From Psammoneis japonica (Eukaryota), in contig QPGO01000091.1 in assembly GCA_008632985.1 (NCBI GenBank), positions 186,001 through 250,000 of the forward strand: a stretch of DNA of 64,000 nucleotides, in the 5' to 3' direction. Below the pieces are notes generated by a model. The model searched no databases. It had not been told where the DNA came from and saw nothing but the letters and a program-made list of their open reading frames with translations. Of this stretch, positions 59,928 through 64,000 are shown piece by piece. The translations under genes were made by a program, and so were the position numbers. The stretch's first letter is position 1; each line of letters begins with the position of its first letter.

Positions 59928-61199
59928 ACAGGGCACAAGCCATGGCAAGACCGTCGCGGCTCGCGGCAGGCAGGCCACCGAAACGAGACGGGATGCATGC
60001 AGCGAGCAAGTTGAGTGAGCACAGGCACACACTACACACACCAACCCCACACACACACAACACACAACACAACGTCACAATTTGGCAAACATCCTTCTTC
60101 AACTGATTGCTCCTCTGTCCACCCACCTTGTGCAAGTTCATCACACTGCATCAAAATGGATTTCGGAGAGAATTTCGCACCCATTGTGCAGGCTGGCACC
60201 TTGATGTCAACATTGCTTGCGAACAAGAGCAGCAAGAAGCCATGGTGCGAGTCAGCGACGGCCACTTCTTCAACGATCAATGGCTTTGCAAAGAAGGTGA
60301 ACTGGACAGCTGCCATGAGCTGGTTGACAAGCATCCGGTTGTCTTGCACACAGCAATGCATTGCGATGAGGCCAAAAAAAATGGCGCGGGTGGTCTTTCA
60401 TTTGTCCATGATCAACGCCGTTCCTGGGATTTCTGCACCTGCTCCACCATGCTGAGTGCGGGTCGTCGGTGCATGTTTCCATTCCCTGCCTGACAGACTT
60501 TTGTGCGTTGGACCAGATCTGTCACTGTGCACAAGAGGAACATGGAAATCTGCAGATCTGCATCATCATGGGACCCCAGCACTTCAACATTGAAACGATT
60601 GAATGACTCATCAACAACAACGAAGCGGTGCAAGCTGCTGCACAGAAACTTCACATCAAGCAGTTTGGTCATGATGATGGAAGCCAAAGTGCAAAATTCT
60701 TCCATGCAAAAGCTGTTGTGTCTTCAGGAGGAGCAATGGTGGGATCCTGTGACTGCACTGTGGCGGCTCGCTTGCATCGCTGCGAACATTCTTCTTTGCC
60801 AGCTCCTGATGACACGGACTGCGAAGGTGTCCAAACTGAGTTAAAATGTGCTTGGGACATGATCGCATCAGATGAACTCAAATTCCAAAGAAAGTGACAC
60901 AGGCCACAAAATGACTGAGTGCAGGAGACATTTTCAATCCGCACAAGAAATCCAAAGCATGGCCAAGATGGCATTGGGAACTTTGGTTCATCTGCATTTG
61001 CAGTTCCTTTGATTGGGTTGGCTTTTGTCTAAACTGTCTGCTTTGTCCCTGATTAAAAGGGTTTGAACCAGATCCAAACAAGATGATGGTGCTCTGCAGA
61101 ATTCTGCACATTGTCAGCACTGACACAAAAGCCGTGCCAAAATGTGACAAAGCAGTGAAAAAGGGTCTTGTCAATGACAACTTGGCAGAAATGGTGGCA

Positions 61200-64000
61200 G
61201 CAGACACCAGACAGGCCAAAGTGGAAAAACAGCTGGTGGGACAATGACCGGAAAGAGTCGCAGCAAAAACAACAGCAACATTCAAACACTTGCGCCAATG
61301 TGCCACATTTTCTTCTCTCAACATGGAGTGCCACACTCAGCTTGGGTTGGACACAGCACAAGCAACAGTGCAATCCTTGAGCCCAAAGTTCAGCAGCCAA
61401 GAAAGAAATGTTCCAGCTGGGGGGGGGGGGGGGGGGACCTCGCACTGCTGAACTGTGATTTCAACAGTTTTTTGGATTGCATTGCATGTTGCGCACGTGC
61501 ATTTCTGCATGTGACATCCTACGAAATTGTTTCATGCTCCCTGTTTTGCAAAGCCAAAGGCTTTCTATTTTCAACATTCACGAGAATGAAAATGTGCGGG
61601 GTGCATTCTTTGGTGTCTGCAGAACATGCCTGGGCAAGCTGTTGATGATGTGCTTCAAGTGTGGAGGAGGAGACACATTTGTAAAATTGCCTCTTTCTCT
61701 GTTGGTGATCATGATGTGTGTTTTCATTGCTTGACGAATTCATTGCGGAGCTCGCACATGGAATTCTGTGGGCCAAATGTCACACGGAGTCCCACCTGGA
61801 ACTGGAACCCATTGAAAGCAAGCTGAACCTCCCTCTTCATTGCCCAGCTTTCAAAACAAAACAAGTGGCTTTCATTCAATTTGTTGTTCTGTCACATGCC
61901 ATGCAAGAAGGGATGTTGACAGGATGTGCACATGTGCCATGGCTGGCCACCATCATTGCAATGTGAAGAAGGACACATTGAACAGCGCACATTGCCAACA
62001 AACCATTTTTTGCATTGCAAAACAAGCAGGGGGGCATGTGGGCAAATGCCTGATGAGTTGAGTGAATCAGCTGTTGAGTGCAACAAATGCACATCAGGAG
62101 CTGTTGGCACATGAGGGAAGACAGTTGGATCTGGATTTTTTTCATTTGGGGCCACAACCAGATGTTTCTTCTTCAAACTTTCTGTGAAAAGAGCAGCAGC
62201 TGCAAGGCTGGCTTTGCAAGCACCAGTCATGGGACAGCACTGTGCAAATGCTGAACATGTGTTTGTGGCAAAGGTTGTTGTGGGAGTCAGTGCCAGCATT
62301 CATTGTCTCACCCCCAGGCTTGTCATGGATGATGTAAGAAACACTTCATTTCTGAGCAAACTTGTGGTGGAATTTGTGCATCAGATGAGTGCCAGTTGCT
62401 TGTGGATGAGACCAAGGACATTGCAGTCACCTGTGAGATGCCTGTTTGAAAACAAAAATGAAGAGAAATGCAGTGTGATGCTGTTTCTTGGCAGATGCTG
62501 GGTGGTCACAACTGCCTTTCTAATCACCCTTGTGGACATTGCAAATGACAACAATGATGTTGCAGATTGCCTGGATTTGCTTTGGATGACAGCATCCCCA
62601 TTTTCAAAAGTGTCCCCCCAAATGCAGCAATGTCATCTGGTGCAAATGGTCCAGAGTGTTTTGGTTGGTGCATGGCTAAAATGAGTGCCTTTTCAACTGG
62701 TCAGCCGCTGGGCACATCTCTTGCCTGTGCTGTCCATGATGCAAAAAGAAACAGGTCTTGTTTCAACAAGAATGAACAGCTTGCAAATGGGCTTTGCAGT
62801 TGCACAGATGGATTTGAAATCACTGCATTTGAGCTCAATCTTATGATGCTGAGATGACAAATGTCCGCTGGGTTGCATCAAACCACATGGACCTGTTTGC
62901 GTGCACAGAAATGAAGAAGAGCTGTGCATGGCATGTGGTTGTTCCCCCAAATGCTGCCAAAGTGACAATGGATGGCATGGGGGCTTTTGGCTCAAAAATA
63001 AGTGCCTTTTCTTGTTCAAGTTTCTGCTCACTTCGTTGATGTAATTCATTGCACCCATGGCATTTCTGGGTGCTGTCTGAGACAGCACAAGAAAACAAAC
63101 CTTTCAGAAATGGCAAGTGCCCAGGAAAAAGGTCTTTGACAGGATGGATTTGATGGTGCTCTGTCTGATTCAAACTCAACAATGTTGAAATGAACAACTC
63201 CAATGGCCCCAGGCTTGTGCACAGGTGGTTCATTCCTTTTGAAGGATCAGAGATGCTGATGTCCTGATTCCATGGCTGCAATCAAATGGGTGCTTTTCAT
63301 GGTTTCCTGCTTTCCTTCTTGCTCAATGTGATGCAGAGCTGCCATTGCTTGCTCTCCACATGGCACCACAGCCATGGCAGCACAGTGTTGTGACACATCT
63401 GCAATGGCTTTGCACAACAAACCTTTGGTGTTGTCAGTGGTTTGTTCCATGTGTGTTGACTGGCTTCGGTCATGCCAGCCAATGACAAGTGACAAGGCCA
63501 ACATGATTGTGCCTCCATGCTGAGGCATCACAGGGTGAGCACCCATTGGGAGATTGGCCAAAGCAATCAACGATGCAAGCTGCGCAATCACGATGCAAGC
63601 TGCGCGCATCTTCCATTGGCGCTGCAATCCCAACTCAAAAGAAGCAGCAAGCTGGTCAACCCCACATGACCCATTTCCAACAAATCAGCCTTCGGTTCCA
63701 TGGCATGCTGGAAAAGCAGCGGAAAAATGCCACCAACAAGCAATGCAACAATCAAGTGATTGTCGGTGTCCCTGTCTCAGAAACCATTTTGCTGCAAAAT
63801 TTGGAGAAGCTGGGCGGCGGCTTGACGGCATTCCTTTTGTTGAGACAAGACTTTGCCAAGAAAATGCTGTGAGCCATGCAAACCAGGCAGAGTGCAGGTC
63901 CTTCTCAACAGCCATGACAGGTGAGTTTCAACATGGAAACAATGCGTTGCCCAGTTCAGAGTGTGTCACAAGTGCCTTGGTTAAAAAGATGAAGGAGGGC
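61200..64000. repeat. Hypermutated segmental duplicate of about 52330-54740 (runs off the window end), with a ~450-bp insert at about 61415-61850
   Basis: Colinear matches 61261~52383, 61860~52565, 62350~53055, 62875~53561, 63225~54000, 63900~54635; TA and CG both depleted. Confidence 0.93.

Overview
Eukaryotic nuclear DNA, most likely from a pennate diatom. Supporting signs are GT-AG introns, type III (p10-before-p20) metacaspases, bipartite plastid-type presequences and an RXL/Ser-rich secreted protein. The first ~24 kb is gene-dense and mostly intact. The remaining ~40 kb mixes genes (several disrupted), pseudogene copies and transposon relics. The main signal is a repeat-targeted hypermutation process that converts TpA to TpG or CpA (A:T->G:C on both strands), the opposite of fungal RIP. 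It is clearest in a 966-bp tandem duplication (7336-9267): one copy has lost 18 of 18 TpA sites over ~400 bp while keeping 13 of 14 CpG. The same signature, plus CpG loss in some places, defines sharply bounded TA-poor islands at about 24.2-29.8, 33.7-35.7, 43.3-44.6, 51.7-53.5 and 56.6-64 kb. These contain degenerate copies of neighbouring genes and mobile elements. Other notable items are an apparently recent intron gain by copying the adjacent intron, a silaffin-like gene, and a Crinkler-type ATPase/nuclease pseudogene. All counts were made by eye and no database searches were run.
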